Source: Squalus acanthias
Taxonomy: Eukaryota
Direction: 5' to 3'
NCBI GenBank assembly: GCA_030390025.1
Contig: CM059431.1
Span: 94,862,001 to 94,926,000 of the forward strand
DNA: 64,000 bases
Below the pieces are notes generated by a model, which was not told the origin of the DNA, did no database searches, and was given only the letters and a program-made list of their open reading frames with translations. How positions within the stretch are numbered: position 1 is the stretch's first letter; each line of letters opens with the position of its first letter. The position numbers and the translations under genes are program-made. Below are positions 37,515-47,705 of this stretch, piece after piece.

Positions 37515-37855
37515 AAGATGCAAGAAAGAACTTTAATTTGTGTAATGCCTTTCACGTACTCCAAGTGCTTCATAGCCAATGACGTACTTCTGAAGTGTGT
37601 AGCTGTTATAATGCAGGCAAAGGTGGCAACCAATTTGCGCACAGTAAAGTCCCACACACAGCAATGAGACAAATGACCAGATAATCTGTTTTTTGTAGTG
37701 TTGGTTGAGCGACACGTGTTGGCCAGGACATTGAGAGAACTTGCCTGCTCTTTTTCGAATGCGGCTGTGAAATCTTTTATGTCCACATAAGAGAGCAGGT
37801 GGAGCCTCTATTTAGCATCTCATCTGAAAGACAGCACCTTGGACAATGAAGCACT
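37515..37855 (-). mobile_element. Deu-domain SINE (SacSINE1/AmnSINE1-like)
   Basis: Reverse complement has GTGCTGTCTTTCAGATGAGA...ACAGATTATCTGGTCATT...TGTGCGCAAATTGG and an L2-type tail; family recognised from memory. Confidence 0.75.
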
Positions 37856-38649
37856 GGCAGAAACACTCATCACATTCAAAAGGTGCCTGGATGTGCACTT
37901 GAGGTGCCGGGCCTGCAGGGCTACGGACCAAGAGCTGGAAAGTGTGTTTAGGCTGGATAGCTCTTGTTCAACCGGCGCAGACACGATGGGCAAAACGGCC
38001 TCCTTCTGCAGCATAAATGTCTATAACTCTGCCCCAAAGAGGACAATTCTTCCTAATTTCTAGAATGTTGATTGTAACAGTCATAATTATTTCTGGCAAA
38101 GATTTGGGGCAGAACCCTCCAAAAATAAACAAAGTGCCAAAAAATACACATTACTAATTCAGCTGTCACAAACTCAAAGTTAAAGTTCATTTTACTATAA
38201 TTATCCAAGTAAGCAGTGACTTCCTAAGCCCAGAATGTGCCTTACTCTGATTAGCTCTTGTCAAGAAGTGCAACAAAAGGCCCAACCATTTTGAGGGCCA
38301 GGCCTCATTTAAATAGAACCGACAAGCTGCCCATCATAAATGGGCTTCTTGATGCAGCCCACCGGATTCAGGACAGCCTACTCCTCAAGGCCCCTCAAAA
38401 ATAATTTTTCACTGTCCTTTGAGGGCCTCCACTTCTTGGCTGACAGGCTCTAATGAGTGGAGTGTCCACGGCGGTCGGTCTGACAAGTAGGCCGTAAAAA
38501 TAGACTCTGATTTAAATGTATTCAGGAGGCTCCTGCCTGAGTCAAGCAGGTACCTCAGCTGCCTATTAAACCAGCGGCAGGAAGATGGCAGCACGGTGGA
38601 AAACCAACAGTAAGTCTAGAGCTTTGATTTTAACTCTGTACTGTCCAGT

Positions 38650-38790
38650 TTCCACCATGTGTGTCCTCAGTATACATGTGGAAGCTGATCTGATGTCTGC
38701 AGATGATGTCGCCAATAGACTGCATGCAGATAAGGAAGTAGAGGCGGCCAAAGATGGATCCTTTTGGGCCTCACAAGGTGACGGTGTGAA
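38650..38790 (-). mobile_element. Old L2 LINE RT fragment (copy at ~55510-55650, + strand)
   Basis: Translates GS(I)FG.LYFLICMQSIGDIICRHQISFHMYTEDT, resembling L2 QGS.LGP..F.IY..PLG.II.....FH.YADDT. Confidence 0.65.
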
Positions 38791-39227
38791 GGTGGGAATA
38801 CAAGTGGTGGAACATTGGTATATTAATCGTAACAAACTGCATTCAGCTGCACGTTCAGCCTAACTCTTTGGGGGCGAAATTCATTATCTCCCAGGAGTGG
38901 GCCCTAACTTCGGAAAAGTTTGAGATTTAGCACCAGGCGCTAATGAATCTCGTTGCACGCAAAGTTCAGTGTCATCGCTCAAAGAAAGGATGGGAGCGCT
39001 AAATCAAGCGCTAACGGCCTAGCTCAGTGGCGTTACACTCAAAGCGCTAAACAATTTCAGGTGCAGTCTAATCATTAGTTATCATTGCCACAGGCTCTTC
39101 CAGTTCTTAAAGGGGAGGTTCAATCATGCTGCAGAAGCTCATTCTCAGCATTGCTGGTTCTGCAGCTGTCTCAGCAAGCAGCAGAAGGCCAAGGAGAAGG
39201 AACCGGACCACTGAAGGAGGTGTCATT

Positions 39228-40677
39228 ATGGCAGATCAACAGCCCAGGGAGAGAGCGCGCAGATTCTGCGGCCAGGCATTGGAGGTGTTGGTCTTTGCTG
39301 TGGAGAGACGGAGGGCAGTGCTCTACCCGGCAAGTGGCAGGAGGCCCTCGCCGCAAGTCTTCCGCACCATGTGGAGGGAGGCAGCCCAGCAGGTCTCGGG
39401 CAGCACTGTGGTCCCCAGAACCCACACACAGTGCAGGAAGAAATTTAACAACCTCACTCGGGTGGTCAGGGTGAGTCAATGCTTCAACAAATGCTACATA
39501 CCACCATCTGAACCTCAGTCTGCACACACTGCCCAAAGCACCACACCCCCAGCACTCACCCACCAACAATCTCCACCTACCAACACTCACACCCACATCT
39601 CACACCTTGCACACAATGACAGCTATTCAACTATGGCAGGCACATCACCCAAACACATTGCTCCACACTCACTCACACACTTTCCTTTCTCTTGCAGGCC
39701 AAGGTCGCTCACAACAGGAGGGAGCAGGAGCGCACAGGAGGGGAACAACCTGACACCCAACCACTGTCTGTGCTGGAGGAAAGAGTGCTGCAAATCATTG
39801 GGTGCCCGGTGGTGGGCACCGTGGCCTCCGGCAACGTTGACCCCCTTGGGGACAATAACGATATGTTCATCCCTACTCCTTCTTCTCACATCCCACTTTT
39901 CCCTCACCCCACAAGCCTTTCCCACTTTCCAGCTAATCATGCTGTATGCATGCATTTCTCCTGTCCTGCCCCCATCCCCTCACCTTAACCCGACTCTTCT
40001 GCCTTTATGTTTTCAGATAATCAGCAAGCAACTGAGCAGCCCATCCCTGAGGGTACCATAGAGAGCGAGGCGGGAGAGGAGGAGAAAGAACACACCTCAT
40101 CACTGCATCTCTCACCCACAGGCACCAGCTCAGATACTGGCACTACGCGTTATTTAGAGGCTAATATAGTAGCGGGATCTGCACAGGGTGATGCACTGGG
40201 GACGAGCGGGCTGCAGCAAGGCCAGGGGGAGAGGGTAGTTCGGGAGTCAGCTCCCCAGAGGGCGAGTTCGCACGTGGATTCTGCTGCACAGGACTCAGAT
40301 GAGGACCTCGATGGGGAGTCCTTTAGAAGAAGGGTGATGGGCATGCACACGGAGATGATAGGTGAAATGGCAAGGGTGCCTGAGAGCCTCTCGGCAATGG
40401 TAAGGAGCGTGGAGGAGTCCACCTCCAACATTGCACAGAGCTCTGCACATACCATGGAGCCCATCATTTCCAGTCTGGAAAGGATGGTGGACTCCCAGAG
40501 AGACCGTGGCGACCCAGACCTGATGCTGCGTGTGATGAGCGATGTTGCAGCTTCCATTGCAGAACAGGCGGAAGCCACACAATGTCTTAGTGCTGTAATG
40601 CAGTCTATGCTTGGTGCCATCGATTCTCAGACTGCTCTCATGCAGTGTCAGCTTGATGCCACGCAAGCTCTGACTGC
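39228..40677 (+). pseudogene. Harbinger Myb/SANT-like gene; exons 39228-39470, 39698-39860, 40017-40677 (continues 44166-44202)
   Basis: MADQQPRERARRFC...MWREAAQQVS...RTHTQCRKKFNNL; the exons join in frame; intron 2 donor is AT instead of GT; CR1 insertion in exon 3. Confidence 0.88.
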
Positions 40678-41249
40678 CGTGCCTTTTTTGCACGCACCTC
40701 TGATTTCCTGTTTCATACCCTCCCCCACCTCACTACTGCTGTTTGGAGATCTGTACACAACTCCCACTAACGTTTTCTGCCCTTTGGTGTTCTGCAGCTC
40801 AACCCATATTGATTCCACATCCTCCAAGCTGATGTCCTTCCTAGCTATTGCATTAATCTCCTCTTTAACCAGCAATGCTACCCCACCCCCTTTTCCTTTT
40901 ATTCTATCCTTTCTGAATGTTGAATACCCCTGGATGTTCAGTTCCCAGCCTTGATTGTTCTGGAGCCACGTCTCTGTAATCCCAATCACATCGTATCCGT
41001 TAACATCTATTTGCACAGTCAATTCATCCACCTTATTACGGATACTCCTTGCATTAAGACACAGAGCCTTTAGGCTTGTTTTATTAACATCCTTTGTCCT
41101 TTTAGACGTATGATTTAGTATGGCCCTTTGTGTTTCTTGCCTTTGTTTACTCGGCCTTCCCCTATTGTTTCTCACCCTTCTAACATTTGTTTCTGACTGC
41201 ATATTACTTCCCCCTGTTTCGCTACATAGGTTCCCATTCCCCTGCCATA

Positions 41250-41740
41250 TTAGTTTAAATCCTCCCGAACTGCTTTAGCAAATATTACCCCGAGGACATC
41301 GGTTCCAGTCCTGCCCAAGTGCAGACCGTCCCTTTTGTACAGGTCCCACTTCCCCCAGAACTGGTTCCAATGCCTCAGGAATTTGAATCCCTCCCTCCTG
41401 CACCACTGCTCAAGCCACGTATTCAATCTCACTATCCTGTTCTCTCTATTCTGATTAGCACGTGGCCCTGGTAGCAATCCAGAGATTACTACCTTAGAGG
41501 TCCTACTTTTTAATTTAGCTCCTAGCTCCCTAAATTCTGCTTGTAGGACCTCTTCCCGCTTTTTACCTATATCGTTGGTACCTACATGCACCACGACAGC
41601 TGGCTGTTCACCCTCCCTCTTCAGAATGTTCTGCAGCCGCTCCGAGACATCCTTGACCCTTGCACCAGGGAGGCAACATACCATCCTGGAATCTCGGTTG
41701 CGGCCACAGAAACTCCTGTCTATTCCCCTTACAATTGAGT
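41250..41740 (-). pseudogene. CR1 ORF1 SGNH esterase domain, 5'-truncated
   Basis: SIVRG...CLPGARV...VHVGTND...DGLHL. Confidence 0.88.
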
Positions 41741-44067
41741 GTTTAAGGGATGGTTTCCTAAACCAATATGTTGAGGAACCAACTCGAGGGGAGGCCATCC
41801 TGGACTGGGTGTTGTGTAATGAGGAAGGACTAATCAGCAATCTTGTGGTACGAGGCCCCCTGGGGAAGAGTGACCATAGTATGGTGGAGTTCTACATTAG
41901 GATGGAGAAGGAAACAGTTAAGTCAGAGACCATGGTCCAGAACTTAAATAAGGGCAACTTTGAGGGTATGAGGCGTGAATTGGCGAGGTTAAATTGGCAA
42001 GCGATATTTAAGGGGCTATCAGTGGAAGGGCAATGGCAGACATTTAGAGATCGCATGGATGAACTACAACAATTGTACATCCCGGTCTGGCGTAAAAATA
42101 AAAAAGGGAAGGTGGCTCAACCATGGCTAACAAGGGAAATCAGGGATAGTATTAAAACCAAGGAAGTTGCATACAAATTGGCCAGAAGTAGCAGCAAACC
42201 CGGGGACTGGGAGAACTTCAAAACTCAGCAGAGGAAGACGAAGGGTTTGATTAGGGCAGGGAAAATAAAATATGAAAGGAAGCTTGCAGAGAACATTAAA
42301 ATGGACAGCAAAAGCTTCTATAAATATGTAAAAAGAAAGAGGTTAGTAAAAACAAACGTAGGTCCCCTGCAGTCGGAAACAGGGGAAGTCGTAATGGGGA
42401 ACAAGGAAATGGCAGATCAATTGAACAAGTACTTTGGTTCGGTGTTTACTGTGGAGGACACACACAACCTGCCGGAAATAAAAGGGGTCAGAGGGTCTGG
42501 TAAGAGGGAGGAGCTGAGGGAAATCCTTATTAGTCGGGAAAAGGTATTGGGAAAATTGATGGGACTGAAGGCTGAAAAATCCCCGGGGCCTGATGGTCTG
42601 CATCCCAGAGTACTTAAGGAGGTGGCCTTGGAAATAGTGGATGCATTGACGATCATTTTCCAACATTCCTTAGACTCTGGATCAGTTCCGATGGAGTGGA
42701 GGGTGGCCAATGTAACCCCTCTTTTTAAAAAAGGAGGGAGGGAGAAAGCAGGGAATTATAGACCGGTCAGCCTGACATCGGTTGTGGGTAAAATGATGGA
42801 AGCAATTATTAAAGATGTCATAACAGACCATTTGGAAAGTGGCGACATGATAGGTCCAAGTCAGCATGGATTTGTGAAAGGGAAATCATGCTTGACAAAT
42901 CTTCTGGAATTTTTTGAGGATGTTTCGAATAGGGTGGACAAGGGGGAACCAGTAGATGTGGTGTATTTGGACTTTCAGAAGGCCTTCGACAAGGTTCCAC
43001 ACAAGAGATTGGTGAGCAAAGTTAAAGCACATGGGATTGGGGGTAATGTGTTGACGTGGATTGAGAACTGGTTGGCACACAGGAAACAAAGAGTAGGAGT
43101 AAATGGGTACTTTTCAGAATCGCAGGCAGTGACCAGCGGGGTACCGCAGGGTTCGGTGCTGGGACCCCAGCTGTTTACATTATATATTAATGATTTGGAC
43201 GAAGGGACTAAATGTAATATCTCCAAATTTGCGGATGACACTAAATTGGGAGGCAGTGTGAACAATGAGGAGGATGCTAGGAGGCTACAGAGTGACTTGG
43301 ACAGGTTGGGTGAATGGGCAAATGTATGGCAGATGAAGTACAATGTGGATAAATGTGAGGTTATCCACTTTGGTGGTAAAAATAGAGAGGCGGACTATTA
43401 CCTGAATGGTGGCAGATTAGGGAAAGGGGAGGTGCAACGAGACCTGGGCATCATGGTACATCAGTCATTGAAGGTGGGAATGCAAGTGCAGCAGGCAGTC
43501 AAGAAAGCAAACGGAATGATGGCCTTCATAGTAAGGGGATTTGAGTACAGGAGTAGGGAGGTGATGCTGCAGTTGTACAGGGCCTTGGTGAGGCCACACC
43601 TGGAGTATTGTGCGCAGTTTTGGTCTCCTAACTTAAGGAAGGACATTCTTGCTATTGAGGGAGTGCAGCGAAGGTTCACTAGATTGATTCCTGGGATGGC
43701 CGGACTGACATATCAAGAAAGATTGGGTCAACTGAACTTGTATCCTCTGGAGTTCAGAAGAATGAGGGGGGATCTTATAGAGACATTTAAAATCCTGACT
43801 GGTTTAGACAAATTAGATGCGGGCAGAATGTTCCCAATGGTAGGGAAAACTAGAACCAGGGGTCACAGTCTAAGGATTAAGGGGAAGCCATTTAGGACTG
43901 AGCTGAGGAGGAACTTCTTCACCCAGAGAGTGGTGAATCTATGGAATTCTCTTCCACAGAAGGTTGTTGAGGCCAGTTCGCTAAATATATTCAAAAGGGA
44001 GTTAGATATAACACTCACAACTAGGGGGATCAAGGGGTATGGCGAGAAAGCAGGAATGGGGTACTGA
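41734..44067 (+). CDS. CR1 ORF2 remnant, uninterrupted (endonuclease C-terminus plus complete RT); lacks its native start
   Basis: Open frame from IECLRDGF to GMGY* with [32 protein letters not shown]. Confidence 0.85.
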   Translation: MECLRDGFLNQYVEEPTRGEAILDWVLCNEEGLISNLVVRGPLGKSDHSMVEFYIRMEKETVKSETMVQNLNKGNFEGMRRELARLNWQAIFKGLSVEGQWQTFRDRMDELQQLYIPVWRKNKKGKVAQPWLTREIRDSIKTKEVAYKLARSSSKPGDWENFKTQQRKTKGLIRAGKIKYERKLAENIKMDSKSFYKYVKRKRLVKTNVGPLQSETGEVVMGNKEMADQLNKYFGSVFTVEDTHNLPEIKGVRGSGKREELREILISREKVLGKLMGLKAEKSPGPDGLHPRVLKEVALEIVDALTIIFQHSLDSGSVPMEWRVANVTPLFKKGGREKAGNYRPVSLTSVVGKMMEAIIKDVITDHLESGDMIGPSQHGFVKGKSCLTNLLEFFEDVSNRVDKGEPVDVVYLDFQKAFDKVPHKRLVSKVKAHGIGGNVLTWIENWLAHRKQRVGVNGYFSESQAVTSGVPQGSVLGPQLFTLYINDLDEGTKCNISKFADDTKLGGSVNNEEDARRLQSDLDRLGEWANVWQMKYNVDKCEVIHFGGKNREADYYLNGGRLGKGEVQRDLGIMVHQSLKVGMQVQQAVKKANGMMAFIVRGFEYRSREVMLQLYRALVRPHLEYCAQFWSPNLRKDILAIEGVQRRFTRLIPGMAGLTYQERLGQLNLYPLEFRRMRGDLIETFKILTGLDKLDAGRMFPMVGKTRTRGHSLRIKGKPFRTELRRNFFTQRVVNLWNSLPQKVVEASSLNIFKRELDITLTTRGIKGYGEKAGMGY

Positions 44068-44199
44068 GGTAGCATGTTCAGCCATGAACGCATTGAATGG
44101 CGGTGCAGGCTCGAAGGACCGAATGGTCTACTCCTGTACCTATTTTCTATGTTTCTATGTTTCTATGCTGCCATCGTGGCTGGGTCAACCACCATCCAA

Positions 44200-44260
44200 C
44201 GAAAGCTTGTGATTGCAAATAAAACTGTTGGACTATAACCTGGTGTTGTGCGACTTCTCA
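44200..44260 (+). mobile_element. Penelope-like terminal fragment
   Basis: CGAAAGCTTGTGATTGCAAATAAAACTGTTGGACTATAACCTGGTGTTGTGCGACTTCTCA matches 9794-9854. Confidence 0.8.
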
Positions 44261-46349
44261 CTTTTGTAATAAAAGAGGAAAAGGTTTTGTGTGGCCCTTC
44301 TTCAGCGCTTGGGTTCAACATTTTTCTCAGTGTTACTGACTCACCCATGTCCCTCCTGAAGCTACTTAGCCACCAGACTCGGGAGGAGCAGTACGGTAGA
44401 GCAGAGGGGCCAGTTGTGCTGATTCTCAGCATGACACACTGACAATGGCCTGTGATGCTCCTGTCACATTTCTGGTCAATTTATTTTTAATCTATAGAAA
44501 CGATTTGGAAAAAAGAATTACATTTAAGGGCTGTGTTTTAAAGCAAAGTGTATTCATACATTTTTTTTTAAAGGCACTAAGCCAAAAGGTGGTTAAAATG
44601 CTGATGGACTAGTATTTGAAGTTGTTTTTCTAAAGGTAGACAATAAGCAATTTATTAGCTTGTCTTCATAATTGATAAACACCTCACACCCATTGGACGT
44701 AACTTTGGCAGGTCATAAAATGGGTGATAGCGAATCGGATGCACGTTATACACACTTCCCAATTTTCCTTTACATCAACTTCAATCAGGTTTTTAAACAG
44801 AAGCTGCTCACGGAAGCTTTCACAGGGCTCAGCAGAATAAAACGCAGAATTATTGTAAGAAGTTATATTGCTTAAGTCAAGCAGGCGACCTCCTAATATG
44901 AAGAAGGGTAGTGTATTTATTATTTTGCATTATTACGTGAAGGCAAGTTGTATTGATTGAATTAAATGAGCCCAATTCTAATGATTGCTTTGTATATTCA
45001 CCTACTCTGAAATAAAGTAGTAATAATTTGTATCTGACCTCACCTTACCAAGTCTTTTCTCGGTCTGCCACAAAAAATAATTGAGGACACCTATGAAAGG
45101 CACAGTATCCAGCTCACGTCAAGGAGGGTGTATTGTTACATCCTCAATTGCATAAGCAGATTTTGGGCAGTATGAGCTAATATGAGTCCACTCCAGAATG
45201 TGAGGGGCATGGGATTCCCTTACAGGAACAAATATCGTCACTCTACCTGAAAATGTAGCTAAGGCAGACCTTGGAATAGTTCCCTGCACCCAGTTACCTC
45301 ATTTATTCCTGTCACTGGGAAAGCACCTAGAAGGAGCTAGGATTAGGATTTGGAACAAATAAAACATTTTCTATCAACAAAAGGAAGCACCAAGTCAAAA
45401 CAAATGAGCCACACACACTTATCACCTGTCGGGAATGAAATTTGGTTGCACTTTATTTCAACCATGTTCAGAAAGTTTCTTCTGAGGGTGTAGAATAAAA
45501 TTTCAGCATGTGAAAGGATTTACAGCTGTGGTATCTGAGATAGTGCAGAGGCCAATGTTCCTGAAGGCGTATTGTGTTTCTGCATTGTGCACATGTGGAT
45601 AGACCATTAATGCTTTGGACAGATCTGGCACTTTGCTGAAGGTCTAATCTAGGAGACCTTGCCATGTGGCTCTTGTTGCCTGCAATGCTATTGCAGCAGG
45701 GATATCTTCTGGTTGATCATCAGTGTCTTGGCCCTCACACTCTGGAGTGGATTCAAACACCCAGAATGTGCCTAACACTGATCAGCTGTTTCCAAGAGGT
45801 GCAAGGAGAGGCCTTGACCATTTTGAAACAATATCCTATAATACCTCCACATAAGGGCAAAGGGATATATGACAGTATCCTATATATATCCCAACAATGT
45901 GCTCATTGTACCTTCACTCTCCTGCTGTTTATAGCTGCCTCAATGGTGTCAAGGGCCAGGACTGAAGAGGGTGGCCTTGGCCTACTTCAAATAACCAGGC
46001 ACAACGGATTATTTTAAGATGAAGGTGTCATGAGTACTGCCTGGAAGTGGCGATTGACCTGCATGATCTGGAATTGCAGGTCACTGACACCTGCACGTTG
46101 ATTGGGTGATACCTATTGTGGTTCAGAAAGGGCATGGGATTGTGCGTGGGGTCCCAGGTGGCCACATGGGTGCCATTAATAAAGTCCTTGAGTTTTGGGA
46201 AATCCAGTTATGATAAAATTGCATGGTCCTTTCATTCTTCTGCCTGGTTTACAGCAGAGAAATGATAAGAAAGAAATAATTTGCATTTATATGGCACCTG
46301 AATGCAACCTCAGGACATTCCAAAGTTTCAGAAGCAATTAATTACTTTT

Positions 46350-46578
46350 GATGTCTTACTGCAATTATACAGGGCCCTGGTGAGACCACACCTGGAGTAT
46401 TGTGTAGAGTTTTGGTCTTCTTATCTAAGGAAGGATATACTTGCCATAGAGAAAGTGCAACGAAGGTTCACCAGACTGGTTCCTGGGATGGGGGGATTGT
46501 CCTATGAGGAGAGATTGAGTAGACTCAGCCTAAATTCTCTAGAGTTTAGAAGAATGAAAGGTGATCTCATTGAAACAT
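46350..46578 (+). mobile_element. CR1 fragment (5' part of the element that continues at 59240-59599, minus)
   Basis: [13 protein letters not shown]...GDLIET, ending at GAAACAT. Confidence 0.9.
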
Positions 46579-47705
46579 TGTAAAGTTTCGCAATTATCGC
46601 GATTCAAAATAACGAAAGAGAAGCAGATTCGTTTGATCAGTTTATTTAAACGAAATGCTGTCATAATTATAAAGGACACAGAAGCCTGTAAAATGGCCGC
46701 CGCGCATCGTGGCAGAAGCTTCCAGAAATACAGTGGGCAGACAAGATGGCGTCGAATAAACATTTCAGTATAAGATTGGATCATACTCGGTAAACATTGA
46801 TAAAGACAGGATGCAACCTGTTTGCATTTGAAACAATAGCAAAGATATAAGTGCTGGAATCGTTTTCCATGCACAAGTAAGACCATTGTACTGGGCAATC
46901 GAAGGCCCATCCAGACACATCAATACACATATACCCCCATGACTCTACAATGAGAGAGCCATTCACGGGTGATTAAGTCAGTATTCGAGGAGGCCCCAAA
47001 ACCAGTCAGGGAGACTCCTAGCCGGTTCGACAATGGGGAAAACATTAACGGATAGTTGGCCAGTCTCAGGTGCTACCGAAACCCGTTAAAGGAAAGAATC
47101 GCCCCATGCTGGGAGTTTTGTGCGCCAACATTTCACAAAGGACAAACATTAAGATTTGTGCGGGAGATAAGGGGACACAGCATTATAACTATAGAGAACA
47201 AATGTCCATCGGTCTCTTTATTCTCCCGGCTGGTCTCTTATTCGCTTGCCGCTTCATGGACTCGCTTGACTGGTGAGCTTCTGTGCTTTTCTGGACTCTG
47301 TTGACTTTTAGCCGTACTGGTCGGTTATTTCGAATGTTGGGTGGAGCTCAAACGGAACGAGCCACCTCGACAAGGGCAAGTGACCGGGTGCACCATCCCG
47401 AGTGTCGGTAAACGGTGTCTGGACCCGAAGGCCCGAAGAGACAAGACGAAACGAGACGAGAAGAAGAAGAATCCACGTGCCGCCACGGTCAGTAAACCCC
47501 GACCGCGCCCGAAAATATAATAAAAGACTCTTCATTGAAATCTACCAACAACCGGTGTCGGTACTGGAAGACTCTTCTTTGAATTTTACAAACGTGTCCG
47601 AGTTCTGTCGAGTTCTTCATGACAAAAGACGGTCTGGCCTGCTTGTCGCAGCAGCGAAGATAAACAAGTGAGGTACAGAGAACCCTCCAAACACGTGACA
47701 GTCAG
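46579..47705 (+). mobile_element. 5' part of a solo LTR (1127 bp)
   Basis: Starts TGTAA right after ACAT; CpG-rich, non-coding; TATA-like TATAAC near 47184. Confidence 0.8.

Larger units (their letters stand above)
40678..44165 (+). mobile_element. Young CR1 LINE with an inverted 5' segment (40678-41740 minus; 41734-44165 plus)
   Basis: Minus part encodes the ORF1 esterase C-terminus and ORF2 endonuclease N-terminus; plus part continues the endonuclease, RT, 3' UTR and (CTATGTTT)n tail; absent from arm 2. Confidence 0.95.
36893..44202 (+). repeat. Arm 1 of a segmental duplication (36893-40677 plus 44166-44202), interrupted by a CR1
   Basis: Near-identical reverse complement of 53597-57409; identical ORF translations on opposite strands (37463-37786 vs 56516-56839). 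Confidence 0.97.
38870..44202. mobile_element. Harbinger transposon 3, truncated duplicate (Myb-side end only)
   Basis: TIR GGGGGCGAAATTC at 38870; colinear with 55431 to 53597. Confidence 0.9.

Noticed and set aside
38566..38863. Duplicated small ORFs as a host gene
   Set aside because: Another frame shows decayed L2 RT; conservation only reflects the recent duplication
41575..41733. N-terminus of the 830-aa ORF
   Set aside because: Antisense ORF1 sequence joined by the 5' inversion
44260..46300. ORFs in unassigned sequence (e.g. 45664-46017)
   Set aside because: No recognisable motifs or consistent splice signals; small exons cannot be excluded without transcript data
46539..47671. Short ORFs within the LTR as viral accessory genes
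   Set aside because: Short, overlapping on both strands and without recognisable homology; not supportable without a search
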